A stretch of DNA of 64,000 nt from NCBI GenBank assembly GCA_965246885.1, contig OZ251992.1, positions 2,656,001-2,720,000 on the forward strand, read 5' to 3'. The position numbers and the translations under genes were made by a program. Below, one piece after another: positions 8,705 to 17,739 of the stretch (the first letter of the stretch is position 1; the number at the start of each line of letters is the position of its first letter). Under the pieces are notes generated by a model. That model was not told the origin of the DNA. It ran no database searches and saw only the letters and a list, made by a program, of their open reading frames with translations. The stretch comes from Abditibacterium sp. (GTDB lineage Bacteria > Armatimonadota > Abditibacteriia > Abditibacteriales > Abditibacteriaceae).

Positions 8705-8855
8705 TGCCCAGCGACTAAAGTCGCAGGCAACCCACAGCAAAGTCGGCCTGCGCCGACTGCACTCTGAAGAGAGGAAACGCCCAACGCTCACTGCACCTAA
8801 TAGTCGGCGCAGGCCGACTTTGCTGTGGGTTGCCTGCGACTTTAGTCGCTGGGCA
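8705..8855. repeat. REPIN/MITE-like element with perfect 54-bp inverted arms and nested hairpins
   Basis: 8705-8758 is the reverse complement of 8802-8855; the left arm contains GCGACT-aa-AGTCGC and AGTCGG-cctgcg-CCGACT, mirrored in the right arm. Confidence 0.9.
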
Positions 8856-8875
8856 CATGAAGCCACCGAGACAAA

Positions 8876-9322
8876 CTACCGCGCCCTTTCCAACACCACC
8901 GAAACGCTCGCGGGTTTCACGCCCAGTATCTCGACATCCTCCCCCGTTGATTCGGCGCGGATGGGGATGTTTTGCGGGGCGTCGGTCGGTTTGGCGATGG
9001 CCGAATAATCGAGGGCGGCTGTCAACGCACCGTTGAGCACGGGCGGGGCGTCGGCGTCGGTGGTTGTGAGCGGGTTGGCGAGGGGGAGCGTCGGGCCGCC
9101 GAGGGCGCGCAGTTCGAGGTGCGGGGCGCGCACCGTGACGTGCACGGTTTTCGGGGCGTCGGAGGAAACAAGGGCAAAGCCGCGCGGCGCGCTCGTCTGA
9201 AGGCGCACGGAAAAGGTCGCAGTTTCGAGCGGGTTCGACTCGCCGCGCACATGGCTCCACAGACCAATGGAAAGCAGCAGCGCCGTCAGCTTGAGCGGCC
9301 AATTGTTGAGGAAGCGGTTCAT
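8876..9322 (-). CDS. cdaR: CdaR/YbbR-like diadenylate cyclase regulator (single YbbR domain)
   Basis: NNWPLKLTALLLSIGLW N-terminal TM signature, P.TVHVTVR, KPASVSV; downstream of cdaA. Confidence 0.8.
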   Translation of the reverse strand: MNRFLNNWPLKLTALLLSIGLWSHVRGESNPLETATFSVRLQTSAPRGFALVSSDAPKTVHVTVRAPHLELRALGGPTLPLANPLTTTDADAPPVLNGALTAALDYSAIAKPTDAPQNIPIRAESTGEDVEILGVKPASVSVVLERAR

Positions 9323-9354
9323 CGGAGAAAGTCGGAACGTATCTTACCAACGCG

Positions 9355-9438
9355 CCGCCGACATAAGCGACTCGTTCACCGGGTTAATTCTTCCGTCCGC
9401 GCAGCTAATTCTTCCGTCCGCCGACATAATTGGCGTAG
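9355..9438. repeat. 21-bp-period degenerate tandem array (4 units, divergent variant)
   Basis: ccgccgacataagcgactcgt / tcaccgggttaattcttccgt / ccgcgcagctaattcttccgt / ccgccgacataattggcgtag. Confidence 0.7.
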
Positions 9439-9475
9439 CAGTTAGTTAATTCTTTCGGCGGCGCGCATGGGCGAA

Positions 9476-10429
9476 TCATCCGCGCGACTTGAGAGCCGCC
9501 CGCAAGGTGCCGATTGTTACGCGCGGGAGGGAAACGGCGGTCTTCCCTAATTGGCGGGCGAAAGGGCGCAACCGCGCGGCGCCGTCGTTGGACTGCACCA
9601 ACAAAGCGCGCAGTTCGGCGGCTAACGGTTTGGCGCCCAGAAAGGAAGTCATGGTGGCATCGCGCGCGACGGAGACGTTGCCGGTTTCTTCGGACACGAC
9701 GACGATGATGGCGTCGGTGGATTCGCTCAGGCCAAGCGCGGCGCGGTGACGGGTGCCGACGGTGCGCGGCAGTTCGGTGTTGCCCGAAAGCGGCAGGATG
9801 CACGCGGCGGCGACAATGGTTTCGCCGCGCAAGATGGCGCCGCCGTCGTGGAGCGGGTTGCCCGGTTGGAAGATGGCGCCCAACAGTTCGGCGGACAACT
9901 TGGCGCCCAAGGGCGTTCCCGTCGCGGCGATGTCGGCGAGGCCAGTTGTGCGCTCGATGGCGAGCAAGGCGCCTATTTTCTGACTCGATAGCTTCTCGAC
10001 CGCGCGAGCGATTTCGTCGGCGACGCGGTTTTGAGCTTCCAACTGCGCGGGCGAAAAGCGGATGCCGAGCAGTTCCAAGCGCCCCCGCCCCAGTTGGTCG
10101 AGCGCCGCGCGCAGTTCCGGTTGGAACAAGATAACGAGCACCAGTGCCGACGCAAAGAGGGCTTGCGAGATGAGCCAGTAGAGGGTGTCGAGTCCAAGCC
10201 ACTGCGCGCCTTTCATGACAACAAGCAGGATGGCCACGCCCTTCAAAAGCGGCATGGCGCGCGTTCCTTTGGCGAGGAGCAAAAGGTAATAAATCGCTGT
10301 AGCGACGAGGGCGATGTCCACAAGCGCGACAACATCCACTTGGCGGAGCAAGTGTTTGAAGTGGGGCCACAAAAGCGGGGCGGCGCTTTGTAAAAGGAGC
10401 ATCGTAGCGGCGAGGGCGGAAACGCCCAT
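9476..10429 (-). CDS. cdaA: Membrane diadenylate cyclase CdaA (start uncertain, 10429 or 10402)
   Basis: 3 TM helices, ILFQPELR.AL..LGR, KIGAL, PLHDGG, GTRHRAALGLSE.TDA..VVVSEETG. Confidence 0.92.
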   Translation of the reverse strand: MGVSALAATMLLLQSAAPLLWPHFKHLLRQVDVVALVDIALVATAIYYLLLLAKGTRAMPLLKGVAILLVVMKGAQWLGLDTLYWLISQALFASALVLVILFQPELRAALDQLGRGRLELLGIRFSPAQLEAQNRVADEIARAVEKLSSQKIGALLAIERTTGLADIAATGTPLGAKLSAELLGAIFQPGNPLHDGGAILRGETIVAAACILPLSGNTELPRTVGTRHRAALGLSESTDAIIVVVSEETGNVSVARDATMTSFLGAKPLAAELRALLVQSNDGAARLRPFARQLGKTAVSLPRVTIGTLRAALKSRG

Positions 10430-10434
10430 GACAG

Positions 10435-11538
10435 TTAACCCGAAGAAGTCGCCACGCGCGGTACTCGCGCGGAAACTCCACACAAAATTTCATACGCAAT
10501 CGTGTCCGCCTCGCGCGCCATCTCCTCGATGGGTAGGCCGCGCCCGAACAGCGTCGCTTCGTCGCCCAGATACACGGCGACTCCCGACACGTTCACCATC
10601 GTTTGATCCATCGTCACGCGCCCAACGACGGGACAGCGCACGCCGTTGATTAAAATCTTCGCGCGGTTGGACAAAGAGCGCCGGAAGCCGTCGGCGTAGC
10701 CGACCGACACGACGGCGATAAGCGCGGGGGTAGTCGCCTTCCATGTCGCGCCATACGAAACCGATGCGCCGCTTGGCACGGTGTAGAGGTGCGTGACGCG
10801 CGCCTTCCACGTCATGACGGGGCGCAGTTCGCCGGGCATCGTTGGGAGCGGGTTCGAGCCATAAAGCGCGATGCCTGCGCGCACCATGTCGAAGTGCGCG
10901 GCGGGATAGCGCAAGATGGTCGCGGAATTAGCGGCGTGAATGAGGGCGCCCGGTGGCACCTTCACCGCGCCCAAGACCCCCGCGAAGCGGCGCAGTTGCA
11001 AGGGCGTGAGGTCGTCGTCTTCCTCGTCCGCGCTCGCCATGTGGGTGTAAACGCCCCGCAGGTCGAGGCGGTCGAGGCTTTGCAGGGCCGCAAACTTTTC
11101 TGGCGCCGTTTCAAAGCGCGCGCCCAAGCGCCCCATACCGGTGTCCACTTTGAAGTGGTAATCGGCGCGGGCGCCCTCTTTCTCGGCGGCTTGCTGGAGG
11201 GAAAGCCCCAACTCGCGCGTCCAAATGGTGGGGGTCAGGCGCGCTCGGACGGCGGTGCGCGCTTCTTCGGGTAGCATCGCCGACAGCAATAAGATGGGCT
11301 TGGCGATCCCCAACTCGCGCAGCGCTTGCCCCTCGTCAACGGACGCGACGCCGAGCATGGCGATTTCGGGCAGGGCGTCAAGCGCGGGCGCCACCAAGCG
11401 GATGTCGTGCCCATAAGCATTGGCCTTGCACACCGCGAGGAGCGGGGTGCAGGCCACTCGCGCGAGCGTTTGGACATTGTGGCGCAAGGCCGACAAATCT
11501 ATCTCGGCCCACGTCGGGCGGGAAAACGGCACCCGCAC
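10435..11538 (-). CDS. alr: Alanine racemase
   Basis: AVCKANAYGH (PLP lysine), KVDTGMGRLG, HAANSA, VRAGIALYG, GYADG, GRVTMDQ, TIAYEILC. Confidence 0.95.
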   Translation of the reverse strand: MRVPFSRPTWAEIDLSALRHNVQTLARVACTPLLAVCKANAYGHDIRLVAPALDALPEIAMLGVASVDEGQALRELGIAKPILLLSAMLPEEARTAVRARLTPTIWTRELGLSLQQAAEKEGARADYHFKVDTGMGRLGARFETAPEKFAALQSLDRLDLRGVYTHMASADEEDDDLTPLQLRRFAGVLGAVKVPPGALIHAANSATILRYPAAHFDMVRAGIALYGSNPLPTMPGELRPVMTWKARVTHLYTVPSGASVSYGATWKATTPALIAVVSVGYADGFRRSLSNRAKILINGVRCPVVGRVTMDQTMVNVSGVAVYLGDEATLFGRGLPIEEMAREADTIAYEILCGVSARVPRVATSSG

Positions 11539-11632
11539 AGTGTGGAGAGTTGCGCAGGCAAGGGGAAATGGCGCGGGAAATGCGGGGTTATACTTTCAGA
11601 CATTCGGGCCGGTGGCCCGCGAGGAACCAACT

Positions 11633-11857
11633 ATGCATTTACCCGGTGGAATGGAAATGGTGGTACTGCTGCTGATCGTCGTCGTACTGTTCGGCGGCGC
11701 CAAGTTGCCGCAACTGATGAAGGGCGTCGGTGAGGGTATGCGCGAGTTTAAGAAAGCGACGCGCGACGACGAGGTACATCCGCCCATCGCGGCGCCGACA
11801 ACGACCACAACGCTGAGCCAAACCCCCCGCAACCCCAACGAGCCGCGCGTGCAGTAG
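11633..11857 (+). CDS. tatA: Twin-arginine translocase subunit TatA
   Basis: GGMEMVVLLLIVVVLFGGAKLPQLMKGVGEGMREFKK; GAGGA RBS; TATACT upstream. Confidence 0.92.
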   Translation: MHLPGGMEMVVLLLIVVVLFGGAKLPQLMKGVGEGMREFKKATRDDEVHPPIAAPTTTTTLSQTPRNPNEPRVQ

Positions 11858-12010
11858 AAGCCGCGCGCCAAAGGAGACGCCGTAGCCACTGGCTGCGGCG
11901 CTTTTGTTTGTGTGGTAGCACGCGCCCTCAGTGATATGAAATCACCGGCATCCGGCTTCGCCAAGCGTCCTGCCGGACGCGCTGCCCTTGCTATTCCTCA
12001 AACTCATCCC

Positions 12011-13183
12011 ATGCCGCTTTCCATGCCGTCTGGCGCCGAGTTCTTCGCGTGGCGCCGCGAGCAGTTCCCGTTCTTCGCGTCCAAAATCTGCCTGACGCAC
12101 GCGTCAGTCGCTCCCCTGCCCGCGCGCACCGTTGCGGCGATTGGCGACTTTGCCGCGCGCTTGGGGGGCGAGGGGCAGTTCGAGTATTATTCCGAGCCGA
12201 TTTACCGACGCGCCAAGGAGCGCATCGCGCGCATGCTCGGCAACGGCGCGAGGGCGGATGAAGTCGCGTTTGCCGGTTCGACATCGCACGCGCTCGGTTT
12301 GGTGGCGACCTCGTTCCCTTGGCAGGTGGGCGACAACTGCGTGGTGTTCGACGGCGACTTTCCAGCGAACGTCGTCATCTGGAAGAACCTCGCCCACACG
12401 CACGGCGTGGAGGTGCGGGTCGTGCCGTTCAAGCCCGCGCGCGATTGGGTGCCCGCCGACTTGGAGGGGTTGGTGGACGAACGAACGCGCATCGTGACGC
12501 TATCGGCTGTGAACTTCCTGTCGGGCGTGGCGCTGGATGTGCGGGCGTTTGGCCAGTGGGTTCACGCGCGCGGGGCGCTTTTGTGCGTGGATGTGATTCA
12601 AGGCTTCGGCGCGGTGGAAATGGACTTGAGCGAGGCCGACTTCGCGTGCGCCGATGCGCACAAGTGGATGTTGGGGCCAAACGGCGCCGCCTTCGCGTGG
12701 TTTCGGGGCGACGTGTTGCCCCGGATGCGCCCGCAAATTCTGGGCTGGCTCGCAACCGAGAAGCGGGACAACTGGTTCGCGTATGATCTGGAGCCGCACC
12801 ACAGCGCGGAACGTTTCGAGCCGGGGGCGCGCAACTACTTGGGGATAGTCGGCATGGAAGCCTCGCTGTCTCTGCTCGAAGACGTGGGGCTGGCGGAAGT
12901 CGCGCGTCGCGTTCATGCCTTGCGCGATTACGGGGCGGCGCAGATGGCGGAGCAAGGCTGTGAACTGCGCTGGACGCCGGATGGAACCAATGCGAGCGGC
13001 ATCTTTTCCTTTCGCCCCGCGCGGGGGGACATTAAGGCGCTCAACGCGGAACTGGACAAGCGCTTCGCGTTGAGTTTACGCTCTGACCGCGACGGGCGGG
13101 AGTGGATTCGCGTTTCGCCGCACTGGATGAACTGCGAGGCCGACTTGGACGAACTCGCGGAAGCAGTCCGCGCGGCAACATAA
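12011..13183 (+). CDS. Class V PLP-dependent aminotransferase (cysteine desulfurase-like fold)
   Basis: THASVAPLP, STSHAL, DFPANV, VDVIQGFG, ADAHKWMLGP.G, IRVSPHWMN. Confidence 0.88.
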   Translation: MPLSMPSGAEFFAWRREQFPFFASKICLTHASVAPLPARTVAAIGDFAARLGGEGQFEYYSEPIYRRAKERIARMLGNGARADEVAFAGSTSHALGLVATSFPWQVGDNCVVFDGDFPANVVIWKNLAHTHGVEVRVVPFKPARDWVPADLEGLVDERTRIVTLSAVNFLSGVALDVRAFGQWVHARGALLCVDVIQGFGAVEMDLSEADFACADAHKWMLGPNGAAFAWFRGDVLPRMRPQILGWLATEKRDNWFAYDLEPHHSAERFEPGARNYLGIVGMEASLSLLEDVGLAEVARRVHALRDYGAAQMAEQGCELRWTPDGTNASGIFSFRPARGDIKALNAELDKRFALSLRSDRDGREWIRVSPHWMNCEADLDELAEAVRAAT

Positions 13184-13324
13184 AGCGGCGGCGGTCAAAC
13201 TGAGGGCGCATCGGAACTGTTGTCCCCGTTGGAGGCGCCTCTTGGAAGAACCCCGCGCAAATCGGGGGAAATCTTCGCCTTCCCTTTCGTCTGAGGGGCG
13301 CTTCAAACTCTGTTCCCACTTCTC

Positions 13325-14527
13325 ATGGCCTTCATTCTTCTCGTAGACGACCAAAGCTCGATGCGCCTGACCCTCACGGCGCTCCTCAAACAGGCGGGGC
13401 ACACGCTCAATCAAGCCGCGACCGGCGCGGACGCACTCGATAAAATCTCCAAGAACGACTTCGACGTGGTCATTACCGACCTCAAATTAGATAGCATCTC
13501 CGGCATGGATGTCCTGAAGGCGGCCAAAGCGCAGAACCCGCAAACCGAAGTGATTATGCTGACGGGTTACGGCTCGATTGAGTCCGCCGTCGCTGCCATG
13601 AAAGCGGGCGCGATAGATTACTTGACCAAGCCCGTAGACAACGAGGAACTCACCCTTGCCCTCGAACGCGCGCAGGAGCGCCAGCAACTCAAGTCGGAAG
13701 TCGCGCGCCTCCGTTCGGTCATCGCCAAGGAACAAAAGTTCGATCCCGGCAACATCGTGGCGACCTCCCCGGCTATGCTCGAAGTGCTGGAGATGGTCGC
13801 GCGCGTCGCGCCAACGGACGCCACCGTCCTCGTGCAAGGCGAAAGCGGCACGGGCAAGGAACTTATCGCCCGCGCCATGCACCAGAACTCCAAGCGCAAA
13901 GACGGCCCGTTCATTCCCATCAACTGCGGCGCCCTGCCGGAGAACCTGCTCGAATCGGAACTGTTCGGCCACGTCAAAGGCGCCTTCACCGGCGCGCACC
14001 AGAACAAGAAGGGCCTCTTTGAGGAAGCTGACGGCGGCACGCTGTTTCTCGACGAAATCGGCGAGATGTCCCCCGTCACGCAGGTGAAGCTGCTCCGCGT
14101 CCTGCAAGACTCCGAAGTGCGGCGCGTGGGCGCCAACCTCGGCGTGAAGGTGGACGTGCGCGTCGTGGCGGCGACCAACAAGCGCTTGCAAGAGCGCATC
14201 AAGAACAACGAGTTCCGCGAGGACTTGTACTACCGCTTGCAGGTCATCCCCATTTACCTCCCCGCCCTGCGCGAACGCAAGGAAGAGATTCTGCCGCTTA
14301 TCAAGCACTATCTCCAGTCCATTTCCGAGAAGATGAACAAGCCGGTCAAGGGTCTGTCGCCCGAAGCGGAGAAAGCCTTGCTGGAGTACTCGTGGCCGGG
14401 GAATATCCGCGAACTGATTAACGCCGTCGAGCGCGCCGTGATTTTGTGCCGAGAAGACGAGCCGGTGCGCCCCGAAGACTTCGCCCTCACGCTCGGCGGA
14501 ACGATTCTGGCCGACCGCTACAACTAA
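13325..14527 (+). CDS. sigma54-dependent response regulator (REC plus AAA+), no C-terminal HTH
   Basis: REC ILLVDD...TDLKL...KP; GESGTGKE, ESELFGH.KGAFTGA, LFLDEIGE, FREDLYYRL, WPGNIREL.N. Confidence 0.93.
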   Translation: MAFILLVDDQSSMRLTLTALLKQAGHTLNQAATGADALDKISKNDFDVVITDLKLDSISGMDVLKAAKAQNPQTEVIMLTGYGSIESAVAAMKAGAIDYLTKPVDNEELTLALERAQERQQLKSEVARLRSVIAKEQKFDPGNIVATSPAMLEVLEMVARVAPTDATVLVQGESGTGKELIARAMHQNSKRKDGPFIPINCGALPENLLESELFGHVKGAFTGAHQNKKGLFEEADGGTLFLDEIGEMSPVTQVKLLRVLQDSEVRRVGANLGVKVDVRVVAATNKRLQERIKNNEFREDLYYRLQVIPIYLPALRERKEEILPLIKHYLQSISEKMNKPVKGLSPEAEKALLEYSWPGNIRELINAVERAVILCREDEPVRPEDFALTLGGTILADRYN

Positions 14528-14554
14528 GCAGGGCGCGTCGTCGCGCCCTCGCGC

Positions 14555-15466
14555 TCAGAATCCCGCGCCTCTGGAGTCGTGCATCTGGCGGCGGTAGTGG
14601 AGCGGACTAACGCCAAAGCGCGCCTTAAAAAAGCGGCTGAAGTGAAACTCGTTGCCAAAGCCGCACTCGCGCGCGATTTGTGCCACACTTCGTGTGGTGG
14701 AAAGCAAGTGCTGCTGGGCGCGGCGCTGCTGCTGCCCGCGCGCATAATCCCCCGGTGACAAGCCAAGTGTCGCCTTGAAGAGCAGGGCGAAGTGGGAGGG
14801 CGAGAGGTGCACCTGCCGCGCGAGTTGCGCGCGGGTCATCGGCTCGCCCAGATGCTCCTCGATGTAACTGAGCGCGGGCAACAGCCGCTCCATCGTGGGC
14901 GCGTGCGCCCAATCCGAAAGCTGCGCTTCGTTGCTTTGGCACAAAAGCGCGGCCATTTCCAGCCCCAACGCTTGCCGGCGCAGGAGGGACGGCCATTTCT
15001 GCGCATCGGACGAGGCATCCAACCGAGCCAACTCCGCGTTGATGTCGCCCAACCGCAGGGCCGCCTCGCCGCGCACGACGCCGCCCATCGGAAACAGCGT
15101 CGTGAGGCTCACCGCCCCGAAGACCCACCAATTGACGTGCGCCCAGCGACTCACGTTCAGGCGGCGCGAGGTATTTTCCGCGCGGTGCCGCCCCCCCGGC
15201 GCGATGCATACCGCCTCGCCCGCGAAGGCCGTCCATTCTTCGCCGCTTTCCAACTCAAAGCGCACCGCGCCCTCTGTCACTTGCGCGACCATCAGAAACG
15301 GCAACGTGCGGGTGGACACACGATAGTCAGCCGCAATAGGCGTGACGGCGCCTTCGGAATACTCGAAGCGCAGCGACGCGGCAGCTTGTTCCCAGAACGT
15401 AGGCGGTGGTGCAAGTGACGGCACAGAACAAGAAGAGAGCTTCCCAGAAATCGTCACATCCGTCAT
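14555..15466 (-). CDS. AraC family transcriptional regulator (start uncertain)
   Basis: Cupin-like N-terminus; C-terminal LARQVHLSPSHF..LFK..LGLSP, VAQIARECGF.NEFHFSRFFK..FGVSP..YR. Confidence 0.9.
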   Translation of the reverse strand: MTDVTISGKLSSCSVPSLAPPPTFWEQAAASLRFEYSEGAVTPIAADYRVSTRTLPFLMVAQVTEGAVRFELESGEEWTAFAGEAVCIAPGGRHRAENTSRRLNVSRWAHVNWWVFGAVSLTTLFPMGGVVRGEAALRLGDINAELARLDASSDAQKWPSLLRRQALGLEMAALLCQSNEAQLSDWAHAPTMERLLPALSYIEEHLGEPMTRAQLARQVHLSPSHFALLFKATLGLSPGDYARGQQQRRAQQHLLSTTRSVAQIARECGFGNEFHFSRFFKARFGVSPLHYRRQMHDSRGAGF

Positions 15467-15560
15467 GGGGAGCGGCACCGCGTGCATGGGCAAAACGGGC
15501 AGGAACCCCCAAACCTTTCCCAGAGCCAAAGGCCACCCGGCGCTTTGCCAATCTACCACC

Positions 15561-16379
15561 ATGCAACACCTATCCGAACAACAGATCAACTTCTTCAACA
15601 CCTTCGGCTTCCTCAAGCTCGCGGGCGCCCTCCGCCCCCAAATCGAGGAGATTACCGTCGAGTTTGACGCCGTCTTCCCGCAAGTGGGCACCCAGCATGA
15701 CGGCCAGAAGCGCACCTGCATCGTGCCATTCGTTGACCAGCGCGAGAAACTCGCCGCCCTCCTCGACCATCCCGCCATCGAAGGCGCCGCCGCCAGCATC
15801 TTGGGCGCCGATTTCAACTACATCGGAGGTGACGGCAACTACTACACCGGCGACACCGGCTGGCACCGCGACGGCCTGCACAAAGTCGGCAGATACATCA
15901 AAGTCGCGTTTTATCTCGACCCCGTGCGCCGCGAAACCGGCGCCCTGCGCGTTATCCCGACCAGTCACCAAGCCGAGTGCCTGCCCTACTCCGCCGTCGG
16001 CCAAGCCCACCAAGCGGAAAGGCTCTGGGGCATCCCGCAAAGCGAAGTGCCCGCCGTCGCGCTCGATTCCGACCCCGGCGATGTCTTGATGTTCGACCAC
16101 AACCTCCTGCACGCCGCCTTTGGCGGGAGCAACCAGCGCGGCATGTTCACGCTCAACCTGTCCAAACACGCCGCAAGCGAAGCCGAAGTCGAGAGCTTGA
16201 AAACCTATTTATCGGGCATGGCGCGCTTTTGGGTAGACCGCACGCACGGCCCGATCATGCGCGACACCGCTTCGCCCGCTCGCCAAGTGCACTTGCAGCA
16301 AGTCGTCGAGAATGAAGGGCATTTGCCCGCTCTGGCCGCCATCGCCCGCCAAACCCAAAGCGAACCCGCGCGCGGCTAA
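15561..16379 (+). CDS. Phytanoyl-CoA dioxygenase (PhyH) family Fe(II)/2OG oxygenase
   Basis: LSEQQINFFNTFGFL, WHRD (HxD), YLD...ETGALRVIP.SH, PGDVLMFD..LLHA. Confidence 0.88.
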   Translation: MQHLSEQQINFFNTFGFLKLAGALRPQIEEITVEFDAVFPQVGTQHDGQKRTCIVPFVDQREKLAALLDHPAIEGAAASILGADFNYIGGDGNYYTGDTGWHRDGLHKVGRYIKVAFYLDPVRRETGALRVIPTSHQAECLPYSAVGQAHQAERLWGIPQSEVPAVALDSDPGDVLMFDHNLLHAAFGGSNQRGMFTLNLSKHAASEAEVESLKTYLSGMARFWVDRTHGPIMRDTASPARQVHLQQVVENEGHLPALAAIARQTQSEPARG

Positions 16380-16380
16380 A

Positions 16381-16527
16381 TGGCGCACATGCGTCATTTG
16401 GCGCCGCACGTGCTCCGACGGCTGGCGCACGTCTGGCAAACGCTCACCGATGCACGCCAACCGTCGGCGTACGTCTGGCACTCCCTCACCGGTGCGGGCG
16501 CTCCGTTCCCAGACCCCGGCGGATGAA
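16381..16527. repeat. 21-bp-period degenerate palindromic array (7 units)
   Basis: tggcgcacatgcgtcatttgg / cgccgcacgtgctccgacggc / tggcgcacgtctggcaaacgc / tcaccgatgcacgccaaccgt / cggcgtacgtctggcactccc / tcaccggtgcgggcgctccgt / tcccagaccccggcggatgaa. Confidence 0.75.
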
Positions 16528-16539
16528 TCGCCGCGTTAA

Positions 16540-17510
16540 TTAACTGGGCCGCGTCACCCCCAAGGCGCGCAAGCGGAGGCCGCCAAAGCGTGCCTCGCCC
16601 CGGTCAACCCACGATCCGACCTGTCCGCCCAAGCCGCGATAGCGCGAAAAAGCGAGGCGAAGCTCGTCGTTGACATACACCTCGACGTGTTCCAAACGGT
16701 TCACGATCCGCAGGTGGAGCGGCGTTTGGCGAGCGAGGGAAATTTGGCGCTTCTCGCTCCACTCGAAAGCGGGGGCCTCGACGAGCGGCGCCCACGCCCG
16801 CAACCCGGCTTCCGCCATTGCCCGCGCGTAACCGGCGTAGCGGCGGCTCAGCCACAAGCGGTTGATGGTGGCCGGTTGCAAGAACAGGGGGCGGCGACGC
16901 CCCTGCCCGATTAACCAGCGCGTCAGTTGGTAGGCTCCGGCCTCGTGGTCGAAAACCACGCGGTCGCAGCCAAACTCTTCCTCGCCAAAGACGGCAAGCG
17001 GGGCGCCGCACGAGGCGAGGTCGGCAACGGTGCGGCGCGTGTCCGCTTGGTCGCCAACAAGGGCGCGCACCACGATGCCGCGCGGCGGGGAAGTGCGGAG
17101 CAAACGCAACTCGTCGCCTATGAAGTCGTGATGCAACATGATGGCGTGGCGCCGCGCATCTCGGATGTGCCGCAATACCCCCCGTCATATGATCCTGATG
17201 GTGCCCTGCCCCCATGCGCCCCGCGTCGTGAGAATAAACCGCGATGGACGATGGAATTGGAAACCAAATTCCCGGTGCGTCCTTCCTCGCCACCTGCCCC
17301 GGCGACGAAAGTGCCCACACGCGGCACACTCCGCAAGACACCCTCCCCGACCAGCTTCTGGATCTCCTGATGCACGACGCCATTGAATAAACCGTAGCGC
17401 GCTTTCAGTTCGCCCAGTGCGGGCATCATGTCTCCCGCCTTCCACACGCCGGAGAAGCACCCCTCGCGCAAATCCTGATTCAATCGCGCCCGTTCGCTGC
17501 GTGTTGCCAT
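16540..17510 (-). pseudogene. Frameshifted GntR-HTH plus LacI-type sensor regulator, fused to an unrelated beta-rich C-terminal fragment
   Basis: GntR HTH in ORF 17118-17510 (WKAGDMMP..GEL..RYG......QKLVGEG.L...PRVGTFV); sensor part in another frame (DRVVFDHEAGAYQLTRWLIGQGRRR...RYAGY..AM.EAGL). Confidence 0.7.
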
Positions 17511-17739
17511 CGTGCTCCTACGGCCTTTCCCACTTTAAGCTGGCTAAAAATGATTAGGGCCAACAGAGCTATTCCATCCCGAAGCGCTCTTAAACATTTT
17601 CCGCCGTTTTTTGTCGGGCCGTCCGACATGCCCCCCGCTTCGGCTTTATAAAGCGCGACGGGGTTTGAAATCGGCGGGAGCGAAAACTCTTAACATTGAC
17701 GCGCCATATTTAAGAGGAGGGCACGCTCCCTCTCGATTT

